The translations under genes and the position numbers were made by a program. Under the pieces are notes generated by a model. The model was not told the origin of the DNA and did no database searches. It was given only the letters and a program-made list of their open reading frames with translations. Positions 1-10,115 of a stretch of DNA of 64,000 nt are shown piece after piece (position 1 is the stretch's first letter; the number at the start of each line of letters is the position of its first letter). The stretch covers positions 1,952,001 through 2,016,000 of the forward strand of contig NZ_JAQNDL010000003.1 of NCBI RefSeq assembly GCF_028368995.1. The letters run 5' to 3'. Source of the DNA: Nannocystis bainbridge (GTDB lineage: Bacteria > Myxococcota_A > Polyangia > Nannocystales > Nannocystaceae).

Positions 1-247
1 GATGGAGATCAAACATGCGTGGGCATCTTCCACGAAGATGATATTGCACAGAGAGGCGCGACGAGCGGCATCTCTCAGGACCGGGACAAAGATGAGATTG
101 CACGCCATGCTCCATTAGCATGACAGGCATCCGTAGGGCCAGCGCCATACCCGCCGCGCCCTTGATCGACCGTGACGCCGAGGATTCCAGTAGACATCTC
201 GGAAGGGGGATGCACCATGAGATGGAATCATTGGAAAGGAAGACACA

Positions 248-655
248 ATGTTGAAGACGCTCTCAGTTTCAGCTCTCTTTGCGCTCACCTTGTCGGGAAC
301 GCCATCTACCGCTGTCGGGCCGGGCTCGCCGCAGGCGAGTAGGAGTGATGAATTTGTTTGTTTGTCTGATGCCACCGTGCACGGAGAGATCGAAGCATTC
401 ATGGACTATTTGGAAGGGGAGGTGGATGTGCCTCCGACGGATCCCTTGCCGCTGTACTGCCTCGCCAAATGCGTAGGGCCTCACGCGAGCACCCAATTCA
501 GACCGATCGCCGGACCTACCACCCCTGAGAAGATCGTGAAAGAATATCCTTACGTGGACCCGTACAAATGGTGTGACTACGTGGCAGAAAAGACCTGCGC
601 GCAACTGGGCGCGGACGTCGGAGTCGGTGAATCGTGTTTTGGCTCCCGCCTCTGA
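248..655 (+). CDS. small secreted Cys-rich protein (paralog of 42638..43048)
   Basis: Signal peptide MLKTLSVSALFALTLSG; GGAAAGGA RBS upstream; six Cys with YCLAKCxG...C..AE..C.Q...SCFG pattern shared with the 42638 ORF. Confidence 0.75.
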   Translation: MLKTLSVSALFALTLSGTPSTAVGPGSPQASRSDEFVCLSDATVHGEIEAFMDYLEGEVDVPPTDPLPLYCLAKCVGPHASTQFRPIAGPTTPEKIVKEYPYVDPYKWCDYVAEKTCAQLGADVGVGESCFGSRL

Positions 656-999
656 GCTTGCGAGCGCTCGCCGAGGCTCTGCGTCAGGCGCGGTTCGTCT
701 GTCGTCCGACCTGGGCTCGGCGAGCTGCGGGGACCCGGTCGGCGACTCGGGCACCGGGCCCGCATGAAGCCCCCAGCACCAGGCGGATCGCGGGCTTCGC
801 GACGCGCATCGAGGTCGGGACCTCATGCTGCAGCAGCAGTCGACGAGCGCGAGGTCTTCTTCCCCCTGCGGCCCCCTGAGCGTGAGCATGGAGGCACTCG
901 AGCGACTCGACAGCCGCATCAAGGCCCCCAAGGGCCAGATGTATCGGTTGTTGAGCTTGCTCGACGCGGTGACCCGCCATGTCGCGGATCGCCGCGGCG

Positions 1000-1470
1000 C
1001 TACGCGTCCTCGTCGTCGTCCGGCACGCGGGACGCGAGCTCGTCCTCGACGGCCTCGAGGAACTGCTTGCGATCGAAGCGCGCGGCGTAGCTGTTGAAGA
1101 AGGCCGGGCCGATCGCCGGGGTCTTTCCGGTCCAGCGCCCGCCCCCGGCCTGCCGCTCGGCCCCGGACTCGCGCCACATCGCCGCCAGCGCCTCGTCGTC
1201 GCCGCCGCGGGCCCGCGACCAGTAGTCGTGGCCCTGACCGACGACCCAATCGGTCAAGTCCTCGCAGCTGTCCTCGGACAGGCAGCCGTCCAGCTCGGGG
1301 ACGAACGGGCCCTCCCACTTCGCGCGCACCTCGGCGCTGGCGTCCACGACATCGGCGTAGAGCACGACGAGCAGATCCTCGTCCAGCTCGGCGACGAGGG
1401 CGTGGAACCGGGCCGGGTCGGGCATGCTGGCGTCGAGCAGGTCCCACAGGCGCGCGTAAGCACGGGTCAT
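1000..1470 (-). CDS. hypothetical protein, DUF4240-like
   Basis: Starts MTRAYARLWDLLD within the 1000..2484 ORF; SEDSCEDLTDWVVGQG resembles the DUF4240 SDD.F.DF..WLI.QG motif. Confidence 0.6.
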   Translation of the reverse strand: MTRAYARLWDLLDASMPDPARFHALVAELDEDLLVVLYADVVDASAEVRAKWEGPFVPELDGCLSEDSCEDLTDWVVGQGHDYWSRARGGDDEALAAMWRESGAERQAGGGRWTGKTPAIGPAFFNSYAARFDRKQFLEAVEDELASRVPDDDEDA

Positions 1471-1545
1471 GGCGCCGGGAGTATCACGACGCGCGGCGCG
1501 GCGCGTATACCCCGGCGCCCGGGCGGCGTGTAGCATCCGCCTGCC

Positions 1546-2430
1546 ATGTCCGGGGCCCTCGAGCTGCTGTCCGCCCGCTGGGGCGAGCTTCCGCCGCCGC
1601 TGCGCGAGCGGACCGACGCGGCCGCGCTGGCGAGCGCGTGGCAGGCGATCGCGGCGGCCTGGCCGGGGTTCGCCGCCGACCCGCCGGCGTTCTTCGCCCG
1701 CGTGGCCCCGCGCCTGGCCCCGGACTGCGACATCGCGGCGGTGGCCTGGGCCGACCTGGCGCTCGCCGACGCCTGCCTGCGCGCCCTCCCGGGCGCCCTG
1801 GCGGCCTTCGAGGCGGCCCACGGCGAGGCCCTCGACGCGGCCCTGCAGGCGGTGGGCATCGGCGCCGACGCGCGGGCCGAGGCCCGCCAGCGCCTCCGCC
1901 TGCGCCTGCTGGTCCGCGAGACCGAAGCTCCGCCGCGCCTGGCCAGCTACTCCGGCCGCGGCCCGCTGCGCGCGTGGCTGCGGGTGGCGACGGTGCGCGA
2001 GGCCTTGATGCTGGTCCGCTCGGCCCGCCGCCGCGCCGCCCACGAGATCGAGGACGACGGCGAGCTGCTCGAGCAGGCCGCGGTGGTCGACGATCCGGAG
2101 ATCGTGCTGCTGCGCGAGCGCTGCCGCGAGGAGCTGCGCGCGGCCCTGCGCGCCGCCGTGGCCGCGCTCGACAGCCGCGACCGCACGCTGCTGCGCCTGG
2201 CGCTGCGCGACCGCCTGACCGTCGACCAACTCGGCGCGCTGTTCCACGTCCACCGCTCGACCGCGGCCCGCTGGCTGCGCGCGGTGCAGGCCAAGCTGCA
2301 CGCCGACACCCGCGCCGAGCTGGCCCGCACGCTCCGCCTCGAAGGCGCCGAGATCGAGTCCCTCATCCGCGCGATCGGCAGCCGCATCGACATGAGCCTG
2401 GCCGGCTCGCTCGAGCCGACCATCGCCTGA
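1546..2430 (+). CDS. sigma-70/ECF-like RNA polymerase sigma factor, Myxococcales family
   Basis: DLALADAC, YSGRGPLRAWLRV, DPEIVLLR, and C-terminal HTH LTVDQLGALFHVHRSTAARW. Confidence 0.8.
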   Translation: MSGALELLSARWGELPPPLRERTDAAALASAWQAIAAAWPGFAADPPAFFARVAPRLAPDCDIAAVAWADLALADACLRALPGALAAFEAAHGEALDAALQAVGIGADARAEARQRLRLRLLVRETEAPPRLASYSGRGPLRAWLRVATVREALMLVRSARRRAAHEIEDDGELLEQAAVVDDPEIVLLRERCREELRAALRAAVAALDSRDRTLLRLALRDRLTVDQLGALFHVHRSTAARWLRAVQAKLHADTRAELARTLRLEGAEIESLIRAIGSRIDMSLAGSLEPTIA

Positions 2431-2539
2431 ATTGTCCTCATGGAAACTTCGGACATGCCCCAAGGGACATATCCGACGCGCCATCCATCGCCTGAACGAC
2501 TCTCATGAGCTTTGGACATGCCCCAAGGGACATGTCCGA
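2420..2539. repeat. imperfect tandem duplication (~65 bp period) spanning the sigma gene stop, each copy carrying GGACATGCCCCAAGGGACAT
   Basis: ccatcgcctgaa...tcatg...ggacatgccccaagggacat.tccga at 2420-2476 and 2485-2539. Confidence 0.8.
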
Positions 2540-2649
2540 ATCGCCATCTTTGATGACTCCCGATTCCGATGATTCAGGACATCGGCGATGCGACCGACCC
2601 GGCACCGCGCCGGCCCGCCGGGACACAAAACATCAAAGTCGACGGGCGT

Positions 2650-3774
2650 TCAATCGCCGAGCGCCATGTCGATCTGCGCCAGCGCGACCGCCATCGCTGC
2701 CTTCTGGGCGGCCAGGTTGCCCGCCGCCGTCCCGCCGTCGGCCTTGGCTCCGGCGCTGTCGAACGAGTGGCCGGCGTTCGGGTAGACCGTGATGTCGTAG
2801 AGGTTCGGCACCTTCTGCTTGCTCGCCACCTGCCCCGCCTGGATCTCCCGCGAGCCGGCGCCGTGCTCGGTGCTACAGTGCTCGACCAGCGAATCCTCGC
2901 TGCCGTGGAGGATGAACAGCGGCGCGGTCGGCAGGTACTTGTTCTCGACGGCCACCTTGGTGCTGGTCGAGAGCGGCACCGTGCCGTCGAAGCCGCAGCC
3001 CGGGTAGTACGCGATCCCGACCTTGAAGTCCGGCCGCCCCGGCTTCACGTCCGGCACCGGGATGTCGACCGTGTTCGCCTTGGTCTCGCGGAAGTACTGC
3101 AGCGCGTGCTCGATCTGCCAGTGCAGCCCCAGCATCGTCATCGTCCCGCCCTGCGAGAAGCCGAGCAGGCCCATGCGGTCGCAGTCGACCTCGGGCCGGT
3201 CGCACAGGTAGCGCGTCGCGGCGTCGAGGTCGTAGATCCGGCCCAGGATCTGCTCGGTGTTCTCGTCGAAGGTCTTGGGCATCTTGCTGGCCTGGGAGTG
3301 CTTGTCGCAGAACCCGCGGGCCGAGTAGCTCGACGGCAGCAGCACTGTGTAACCCAGCTTGGCCAGGCGGTCCGACCAGGCGGTGAATTGCGACTCCATC
3401 TGCTCGCTGCACGGGGCGGCCTTGGTCTTGCCGTCCTTGAGCAGGCCGCCGGAGCCGTGCAGCACCATCATCGCCGGCTTCTGGCCGACCGCCTTGGACC
3501 ACTTCGGCCGCACCAACTTGGCCGGGATCGCCAGGCCCTGCGCGTGCAGCGATTTGGGGATCGTGACATCGAGGACCTCTACCCCGACGACCGTGGCGCC
3601 GCCGAGGTCGGCCTCGCCGCCACTGTCGCCGCCACCCCCCAATTCGGAGGACAGCTCCAGGTGATGCCATTCCTGCGACTCGACCGCGTCAGGCCCGTAC
3701 GCCTCCTCGTCGCAGCCGACCGCGAGCACAGCCACGCACATCGTCGTCTTCGCCAGGGTCCTTGCGTGAATCAT
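2650..3774 (-). CDS. dienelactone hydrolase-family alpha/beta hydrolase, lipoprotein
   Basis: Lipobox LAVGC; HGSGG, nucleophile GFSQG, YYPGC, HGSEDSLV and YPNAGHSFD motifs. Confidence 0.85.
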   Translation of the reverse strand: MIHARTLAKTTMCVAVLAVGCDEEAYGPDAVESQEWHHLELSSELGGGGDSGGEADLGGATVVGVEVLDVTIPKSLHAQGLAIPAKLVRPKWSKAVGQKPAMMVLHGSGGLLKDGKTKAAPCSEQMESQFTAWSDRLAKLGYTVLLPSSYSARGFCDKHSQASKMPKTFDENTEQILGRIYDLDAATRYLCDRPEVDCDRMGLLGFSQGGTMTMLGLHWQIEHALQYFRETKANTVDIPVPDVKPGRPDFKVGIAYYPGCGFDGTVPLSTSTKVAVENKYLPTAPLFILHGSEDSLVEHCSTEHGAGSREIQAGQVASKQKVPNLYDITVYPNAGHSFDSAGAKADGGTAAGNLAAQKAAMAVALAQIDMALGD

Positions 3775-3875
3775 CGTCAGACACCTCCTCGTCCGACAAT
3801 CTCGTCACCTCAAGAACACGTCAATGCTGCGTGTCGACCGCCTTCGCAATTACGACCCTGGCGCCGATTGCACAT

Positions 3876-3918
3876 ATGTCCCAAGGGACATGCCCTTCGG
3901 GGCATGTCATGAAAGACG
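3876..3918. repeat. three-unit array of the TGYC-N6-GRCA palindrome
   Basis: atgtc ccaagg gac atgcc cttcgg ggc atgtc atgaaa gac, 14-bp period. Confidence 0.8.
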
Positions 3919-4646
3919 GGTGAGGCGTGAGCCATGTCTCCATGTGCGTGAGCGGCGGCGGTTGCCGCGCAGAGGTTCACGCAGTCTGCCTCGGAAGATG
4001 TGTCGACTTTCTCAAATCAGTGAGAAATCGCAAGATATAGGTCCCAGCGTTCAGCGGTCCGATCGTGCTTCTGCGCAACCGTCGCCGCGGCCCTGCCCCC
4101 GGCTGCAGGTCGCCCAAGCTGCTTCCTGCGCGGCCGGCCGCCTACAGCGCAGCGATCCCCGTCCAGCCGGCGCGCTCTCGCGCCTCAGAAGCTGTCTTCT
4201 TGGACCCAGGACGGGATGCCCACGCCTTGACACCTCCCCCCGGCGCGTCACGCACCAGCGACGCCGCAACGGCCGCGGATCCCCGCTCCGCACGGCGAGG
4301 CAAAGGATTGGATGCCCTCCCCTGCATCGCCCTGGAGCGCCCGGGCTCGTGCCAGCGAATCACGCGAGGGCGCCTACGCGGACGCAGGCTCCAGCGAGGC
4401 GGCCCGATCGGCCGCCCCGTGGACCCGTGGCATACCCCGCAGCATCACCACGATGACGGCCGCGAGCAGCAGCTCGGAGACGGCGAAGCCCACCAGATAC
4501 GCGGCAGTGCCCGGCGCGCCGCTCACGGTCAGGGCCAGATCGGCGGCGTTCCATGACCAGGAGGTAGCGGGCGACGCGAAAGAAGAGCACGCGCGACGGT
4601 AATACCGTTCGGGGCGGCCGGGCGATCCGGCCACGAGATCGCGGCT

Positions 4647-5198
4647 TCAGCCTGGAGGCAGGGGCAGCAGCATGGCCTGCGAGAAGCGCACGCGGTCGGT
4701 GCCGTTGTTGGTGCCTTGATGCATCGTCACGTCGATCCACAGCACCACGTCGAGCATGAAGTTGGGAAATGCGTCGAGCAGGGCCTCGGACCAGGCGTCG
4801 GTGGTCGCGTTGCCGCTGAGGACATCGCCGAAGAAGGTGGCCACCGTCGAGGCGCGGTGAATCCCGTGCAGCTCGGCGAGCACCCAGGTGTTGCTGCCTC
4901 CAGCGTCGGGATCGCGGGCCATGATCCCGATCCCCGAGTGGCGCAGCCCGGTCTTGACGTTGCCGGTCATGTAGAACGGCGAGATCCGGACCGGGCACAG
5001 CAGCTCGATGTCGTCGTTCTGGACGGCGGCGCCGACCAGCCAGGAGCCGTCGACGAGCTCGGCCTTGCCGATGTCGTCGGCGTTCGCCATGCGGCAGGCG
5101 CTGGCGGGGATCGCCTCGCGGAAGGTCTCCGACGCGGCGGCCGGACCGGGGGTGAATGCAATCGTGGCAGCGATGAATGGCAGGATCGTCTTGTACAT
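4647..5198 (-). CDS. secreted hypothetical protein (paralog 3 of tandem trio)
   Basis: Start MYKTILPFIAA with signal peptide; IPASACR...W...LLCP...RDPD motif shared with neighbours. Confidence 0.75.
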   Translation of the reverse strand: MYKTILPFIAATIAFTPGPAAASETFREAIPASACRMANADDIGKAELVDGSWLVGAAVQNDDIELLCPVRISPFYMTGNVKTGLRHSGIGIMARDPDAGGSNTWVLAELHGIHRASTVATFFGDVLSGNATTDAWSEALLDAFPNFMLDVVLWIDVTMHQGTNNGTDRVRFSQAMLLPLPPG

Positions 5199-5214
5199 GG
5201 TGGAGCTCCGGCGA

Positions 5215-5757
5215 TCACTGGGGCGACGGCTGGAAATCGAGGCCGACGAACGCCGGCGTCGCGGTGGCGGTGGTGTCGCGCTGGAGCGTGACCTCGACGT
5301 GGTAGGTGAAGAGGAGGAAGGAGGCGGTGTGGTTGACGAAGAGCATCGTGCGGATGAAGAAATTGTCGACGAAATCATCCGAGTCGACGACGCCGCCGGT
5401 CACCAGCGAGTCGACGGTGCTGGTCCGCGAGCGCCGCAGCAGGTCGGCGCGCACGAACGAGCTGGCGCCGTCGCCGTCGGGATCGTGGTACCACAGGCGG
5501 AACGAGGCGATATTGACCGAATCGGCCTGGGCGTCCGGACGCGACAGGTGAAGCGGGCAGAACAGCCGGGCCTCGCCGGAGTGGCCGGTGGCGAATGTCC
5601 ACACGCCGTTGGTGAGCTTGAGCTTGGCCGCGTCGGTCGAATTGCGCGGCTGGCAGGCGGGCGCGGGGATGCGGAGGTCGAACCAGGTGGCAGCGCTGGC
5701 GACGGTCGGGACGAGGGCGGCGCTCAGGGCCAGGAGAGTCGGGTAAAGGCGCTTCAT
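5215..5757 (-). CDS. secreted hypothetical protein (paralog 2 of tandem trio)
   Basis: Signal peptide ending ASA; IPAPACQPR...W.F..G..GE..LFCP...WYHDPDG. Confidence 0.8.
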   Translation of the reverse strand: MKRLYPTLLALSAALVPTVASAATWFDLRIPAPACQPRNSTDAAKLKLTNGVWTFATGHSGEARLFCPLHLSRPDAQADSVNIASFRLWYHDPDGDGASSFVRADLLRRSRTSTVDSLVTGGVVDSDDFVDNFFIRTMLFVNHTASFLLFTYHVEVTLQRDTTATATPAFVGLDFQPSPQ

Positions 5758-5764
5758 GGGGTCC

Positions 5765-6379
5765 TCAGGGCGCTTCGAAGAAGGAGACGCCGCGGAAAGT
5801 GACGGTCCGGTTGGTGCCCTGGCGGAACAGCCGCACGACCAGGAAATACTGGGCGTCGACCATCGCCAGGTTGTTCAGCGCGGTGGCGAAGGTGGTGGGC
5901 GAGGTGTTGCTGTTGTTGTCGGAAAGCACGGTGCCGACCAGCACCGAGGTGAGCGACGGCGGGGCGATCCGGCGCAGCTCGACCTTGACGCTGGCGTCGG
6001 TCAAATCACCGCTGGTATCGATGTACCACATCCGCAACTCTTCGATGATGCGGTTGCCGCTGTCCTCGTCGGTCCACGGGGTGTAGACCGGGCACTCGAG
6101 GAAGACCTCGCCGGTCTCGCCGGTGGTGAAGCGCCAGTCGACGCCGTTCCAGGTCAGCTTGCTGCGGTCGCTGGCGAGGCGCGGCTGGCAGGCGGCCGCG
6201 GAGACCCGCTCGTTCAGCTTGTCGTCTTCGGCCGCGCGCGCGGCCCCGGGCACGGCGAGTCCGCCGAGGCCGAGCGCGACCACCAGCGGGGCAGCGTGAA
6301 AGACTCTGATGAATGCGTCGCGCCGGCGCGCGGGGCGACGACGCGCGCTGGGCAGGGCCGTAGGATGTGGTTGGCTCAT
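5765..6379 (-). CDS. secreted hypothetical protein (paralog 1 of tandem trio)
   Basis: Arg-rich leader plus hydrophobic segment ending ARA; VSAAACQPR...WRFTTGETGEVFLECP...WYIDTSG; start uncertain. Confidence 0.75.
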   Translation of the reverse strand: MSQPHPTALPSARRRPARRRDAFIRVFHAAPLVVALGLGGLAVPGAARAAEDDKLNERVSAAACQPRLASDRSKLTWNGVDWRFTTGETGEVFLECPVYTPWTDEDSGNRIIEELRMWYIDTSGDLTDASVKVELRRIAPPSLTSVLVGTVLSDNNSNTSPTTFATALNNLAMVDAQYFLVVRLFRQGTNRTVTFRGVSFFEAP

Positions 6380-6651
6380 GCGAGGCGTATGAGCAATCGA
6401 CGTGCCCCGCGAATTGTCGTGGAGATCCGCGAGCGAGGTCCCACGATTGCGCGGGCGAGCGAGCGAGCGGGGATGCGGCAGCCCCATGGGGCCCCATGGG
6501 GCGATGAATCACCAGAGCGCGCCGTCCCGTGGCGCGCCGCGCCGAAGCGCCAGGGACGGGATGCATGGGGGCCGGCGTCCTCGCAGACATCGGAGGCATG
6601 ATTGTCGACGGCGCCCGCAATTTTTCTGCGGCCGCTGGTTACTCCGCTCGC

Positions 6652-8181
6652 ATGAGCCTGTCTGTCCCTCTCCGGCTGCGGTCGCTGGCGCTCACGGGTG
6701 CGTTCTTGTTGACCGCGTGTCCCATCGACGGCGGCACCGCCACCGACGCCGAGCTCACCAGCGGCTCGGGCGGACCCGCCACCACTGGAACCGGCGGTGA
6801 CATGACCACCACCGACGTCGACGAGCCGACCACGGCCGACCCGACGACCACCGGCACCACCGGCACCACCGGCACCACTGGCGAGGACGAGGTGATTCCC
6901 GTACCGCCCGTGTGCGACGACCCGGCCAGCCCGCTGTGCCGGGACCCGATCACGAAGTGCAAGCTCGACGAGGACCGCGACGGCGTCACGTACACTTGCG
7001 ACAACGCGCCGGAATTCACCAACCCCGGGCAGGAGGACCTCGACGGCGACGGCATCGGCGATGTCGCCGATCTGTGCCCGATCCTCCCCACCGACGACAA
7101 CAACGACTCCGACCGCGACAGCGTCGGCAACGCCTGTGACGTGTGCTCGCGGCCGCCCAACGCTTACAACAAGCAGGTCGCGTCGGTGCCGTTCTACATG
7201 CGAGCGCGCAACAACCCGACCCAGGTCGACAGCGACCGCGACGGCATCGGTGACGCCTGCGACAACTGCGTGCAGGTCGCCAACTGCCAGGCGTACGGCG
7301 ACGGGCCCGGGCTCACGCCGCACGTGGTCGGCCAGCCGACCGACATCAAGGTACCCGGTTGTCAGGACGACCTCGACGTCGACCTGATCGGCGACGCCTG
7401 CGAGGGCATGGCGATCGCTGGCGCCGCCGGACCGGTCGGCTTCCTCGACGGCGACGACTTCGATCAGGACGGGCTCGCCAACCTCGTCGACGGCTGCCCG
7501 CGGCAGCCTGTCGAGCGGCGCGCGTGCGTCGAAGACGACGACTGCCCCTCCGGCGCCACCTGCAGCGCCGCACAGATCTGCAACCACGCCGACCACGACG
7601 GCGACGCGGTCGGCGACGTCTGTGACAACTGCCCGTGGACCGCCAACCCCGAGCAGCTCGACGAGGACGCCGACGACGACATCGACAACGACTTCATCGG
7701 CGCCGCCTGCGAGCAGCACCCGCTCTGCGTCGAGCACGGCAACCCGCGCCCGCTCGCCTTTTACGACATCAGCGTCGGCGGCTACTGTTGCGTCCCCAGC
7801 CATGGCGGTCAGCCCTTGATCGATCCGGACGGCCAGCCCATCGACCTCGCCGACCTGCCTCCGCTCCCGCCTGGCGTGCTCGAGCTCCCGCCTGGCTGCG
7901 ACGAGGCCTTGCTCGCCAGCGCGGACGGCAAGGCCCACAAGATGAAGGCCTGCCACGTCGACGCACCGATCGACCTGTGGCAGCACCTGTGCCTGATGCC
8001 CGCGTGGGACCAGGACTTCGACGCCGTGCCCGACGAGTGCGACCTGTGCCCGTTCGCGTTCGATCCGTCGAACGCGGCCTACGTCGACGCAGACATGAAA
8101 GAGTGGCCCAACTACGGCAAGTACTGCCACGGCGACTACAGCCCGGAGCACCTCGACCCGGCCGAGATGTGCATGCCGTGA
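6652..8181 (+). CDS. thrombospondin type-3 repeat lipoprotein
   Basis: Lipobox LLTAC, Thr/Gly linker, many DxDxDGxGDxCDNC repeats. Confidence 0.9.
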   Translation: MSLSVPLRLRSLALTGAFLLTACPIDGGTATDAELTSGSGGPATTGTGGDMTTTDVDEPTTADPTTTGTTGTTGTTGEDEVIPVPPVCDDPASPLCRDPITKCKLDEDRDGVTYTCDNAPEFTNPGQEDLDGDGIGDVADLCPILPTDDNNDSDRDSVGNACDVCSRPPNAYNKQVASVPFYMRARNNPTQVDSDRDGIGDACDNCVQVANCQAYGDGPGLTPHVVGQPTDIKVPGCQDDLDVDLIGDACEGMAIAGAAGPVGFLDGDDFDQDGLANLVDGCPRQPVERRACVEDDDCPSGATCSAAQICNHADHDGDAVGDVCDNCPWTANPEQLDEDADDDIDNDFIGAACEQHPLCVEHGNPRPLAFYDISVGGYCCVPSHGGQPLIDPDGQPIDLADLPPLPPGVLELPPGCDEALLASADGKAHKMKACHVDAPIDLWQHLCLMPAWDQDFDAVPDECDLCPFAFDPSNAAYVDADMKEWPNYGKYCHGDYSPEHLDPAEMCMP

Positions 8182-8473
8182 CGGCGAGCGGGGCTTCTCG
8201 TGACGCATGAGCTGCAACTTCCCCCTCGGGGCCGCCGGCGCTGCATGTATCGATGGGTCGAAAGGACGCCGGGCGATCGCAACTCTCGCTGCGAATCGAC
8301 GGTTGGCTACTTTCAGAGTTTGAATGCACCTCGGGATTGGGGCGATCCGCTGGAGGGGCTCTGGGAGGACGAAGAAAAAGATCCGCATCTGCTTCTCGAG
8401 GAAGTCGCGGCCCTCCTCCGACTGTAGCCGCCCCTGCTGTGAGACACGGCCTTCGAGCACGTTGCGCTCTCGT

Positions 8474-9736
8474 TTAGTCCGCGTCTGCCACACGAAACGC
8501 ATCGGCCATGGTGTCTTGTTCGGCCCGCGAGATCTCCGCCGCAGTCGCCTCCGTTCGCCAGCTCCGGACGACTTCCTTGACTTCCTCAATGATCTCTCCG
8601 GCCCTCCGAGGCTTGATGCGGAAGTGCTCTGCAACCTCACGCGCGAGCTCAAGATCTTGCGCGTTGTCCGTTTCGGAGATGTTCATGGAAAGTCCGTCCC
8701 CGCTCCTGACCGGATTCATGTCGTAGGCGGGCGCCAGTGACCACCCAGGAGGCTCGAGCAAGAAGCCGTGATTGCGCGGATGATCGTCAACGTTCGAGAC
8801 GCACACGGAGAAAACGATCCGCCGCCAGAGTTGCTCGAGGTCGCGGTCCGGCTCTACGCCGTGTTGAATGATCACCGCCGCGAGGTCGAGATAGCTCGAG
8901 TCATGGTCGCCGTCGCTCTTCTCGAGCATAGTCATCGCAGACGAGAAGTGAATGCGTTCACCGCTCGCCGAACGATCGAAACGCCGTGAAAGAAAGGTGT
9001 GGTGGGGACTCGCAAAGCGTTGCCGGGTCGAATCGGGGACAATGATGCCCGCACGATACGCCAAGACGTGTACTACGCTCTCCCACGCTCCTATGTCGAC
9101 CTCGTCGTCCTTGCTGGGGAACTTGGCAATCCAAAGCCTTCCGTCCGCGTCATATACGCTGGCCTTCGGTCGGGCCCCCCCCAAAGAGCGCCCCGGTGCG
9201 ATGAGCAACTGCAGCCATTTTTTATAAGACGGATCGTCCTCAACGCCCTGCTGCTCGAGCGCCAAGCTCGCATGTTCCAGCTCTCGCAGAGAGGCCCACG
9301 GCGGAGCCGCCAGATCACGATTGTCGTCCAGAAACGGCCCGTCCTCGACCGCAAAGCGCAACGCCCCCATCCGGTGGCCGTCGTACACGCCCAGGAGAAA
9401 ATCGAGCTCGAAGAGGTGTCGTTGTTTTCGCTTCTCCTCCCTTGCGAGCTGCGCCTCGCGGCGCTTGAGCAGCACTCTGCCCCATCGATCAGGAGAGGAA
9501 TCGAGGAACAGGTTAAAGTTCTCTTTTCCGGCAGAGGGATACTGAGGCCCCTGAAACAGACGCAACGCGGGATCGAGCACTTGGGCCTGTCCGCCTTTGA
9601 GCCACTTCTCATCATATTCGAAGGAAAAGACCTCCTTGGTGCGGACACGCATGGAATGGAGGACCCCCATACGTGTCGGACCGGCGAGTCCCATCCAGTG
9701 GGCCCACACCGTGATACTTCGTCTCTCAGACGTCAT
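8474..9736 (-). CDS. hipA: type II toxin-antitoxin HipA-family kinase toxin
   Basis: [55 protein letters not shown]. Confidence 0.92.
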   Translation of the reverse strand: MTSERRSITVWAHWMGLAGPTRMGVLHSMRVRTKEVFSFEYDEKWLKGGQAQVLDPALRLFQGPQYPSAGKENFNLFLDSSPDRWGRVLLKRREAQLAREEKRKQRHLFELDFLLGVYDGHRMGALRFAVEDGPFLDDNRDLAAPPWASLRELEHASLALEQQGVEDDPSYKKWLQLLIAPGRSLGGARPKASVYDADGRLWIAKFPSKDDEVDIGAWESVVHVLAYRAGIIVPDSTRQRFASPHHTFLSRRFDRSASGERIHFSSAMTMLEKSDGDHDSSYLDLAAVIIQHGVEPDRDLEQLWRRIVFSVCVSNVDDHPRNHGFLLEPPGWSLAPAYDMNPVRSGDGLSMNISETDNAQDLELAREVAEHFRIKPRRAGEIIEEVKEVVRSWRTEATAAEISRAEQDTMADAFRVADAD

Positions 9737-10082
9737 CCTGCTCCCCTCCCGAGGTCTCTGCGCTTTTTGGCTTCCTCGACCGTGGCCGTCGCTCGGGTTG
9801 CATCTTCAAATCCTGAAGCCGCCTCCCGAGTTCATCATCTTTAGCTATCAGCGCGAGGTCTTTCTCCAAACCCAGGCAATGCAACACGTTTGCGTATGCA
9901 CCGATGGTGACCCCGGCTTCTCCTCGTTCGATGGCCCTGAGTGTCGGAGCAGACATACCGGCGCGCTCAGCGACGAGGGCGCTGGGCAGTCTGCGCCGCA
10001 AGCGGGCCAGGCGAATACTCTCCCCCATCTGCTGAAGAAGACGGGAAACTGCGGGCAGCGGGGCCACGGTCGTTCGGGCCAT
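9726..10082 (-). CDS. XRE-family HTH antitoxin (HipB-like)
   Basis: [13 protein letters not shown]...[18 protein letters not shown]; overlaps the hipA start. Confidence 0.88.
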   Translation of the reverse strand: MARTTVAPLPAVSRLLQQMGESIRLARLRRRLPSALVAERAGMSAPTLRAIERGEAGVTIGAYANVLHCLGLEKDLALIAKDDELGRRLQDLKMQPERRPRSRKPKSAETSGGEQDDV

Positions 10083-10100
10083 GATGAAATTATCTTTTCG

Positions 10101-10115
10101 GAAATCAGCGATTTC
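10101..10115. promoter_or_regulatory. candidate HipB-like operator in an AT-rich promoter
   Basis: GAAATC-AGC-GATTTC inverted repeat about 20 bp upstream of the antitoxin start; GATAAT -10-like hexamer 6 nt before ATG. Confidence 0.45.

Noticed and set aside
684-1000. Protein-like fragments (VDEREVFFPLRP, MEALERLDSRIK...LLSLLDAV) in shifting frames
   Set aside because: Possibly a gene remnant, but no recognisable family or consistent frame.
4008-4027. Inverted repeat TTTCTCA-N6-TGAGAAA
   Set aside because: Single copy with no nearby gene start or regulator to tie it to.
4374-4634. Short ORF with one hydrophobic segment
   Set aside because: No convincing start or RBS; may be a remnant.
6840-6880. 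9-bp tandem repeats (also about 16030-16090)
   Set aside because: They encode ordinary Thr/Gly/Ser linkers of myxobacterial lipoproteins.
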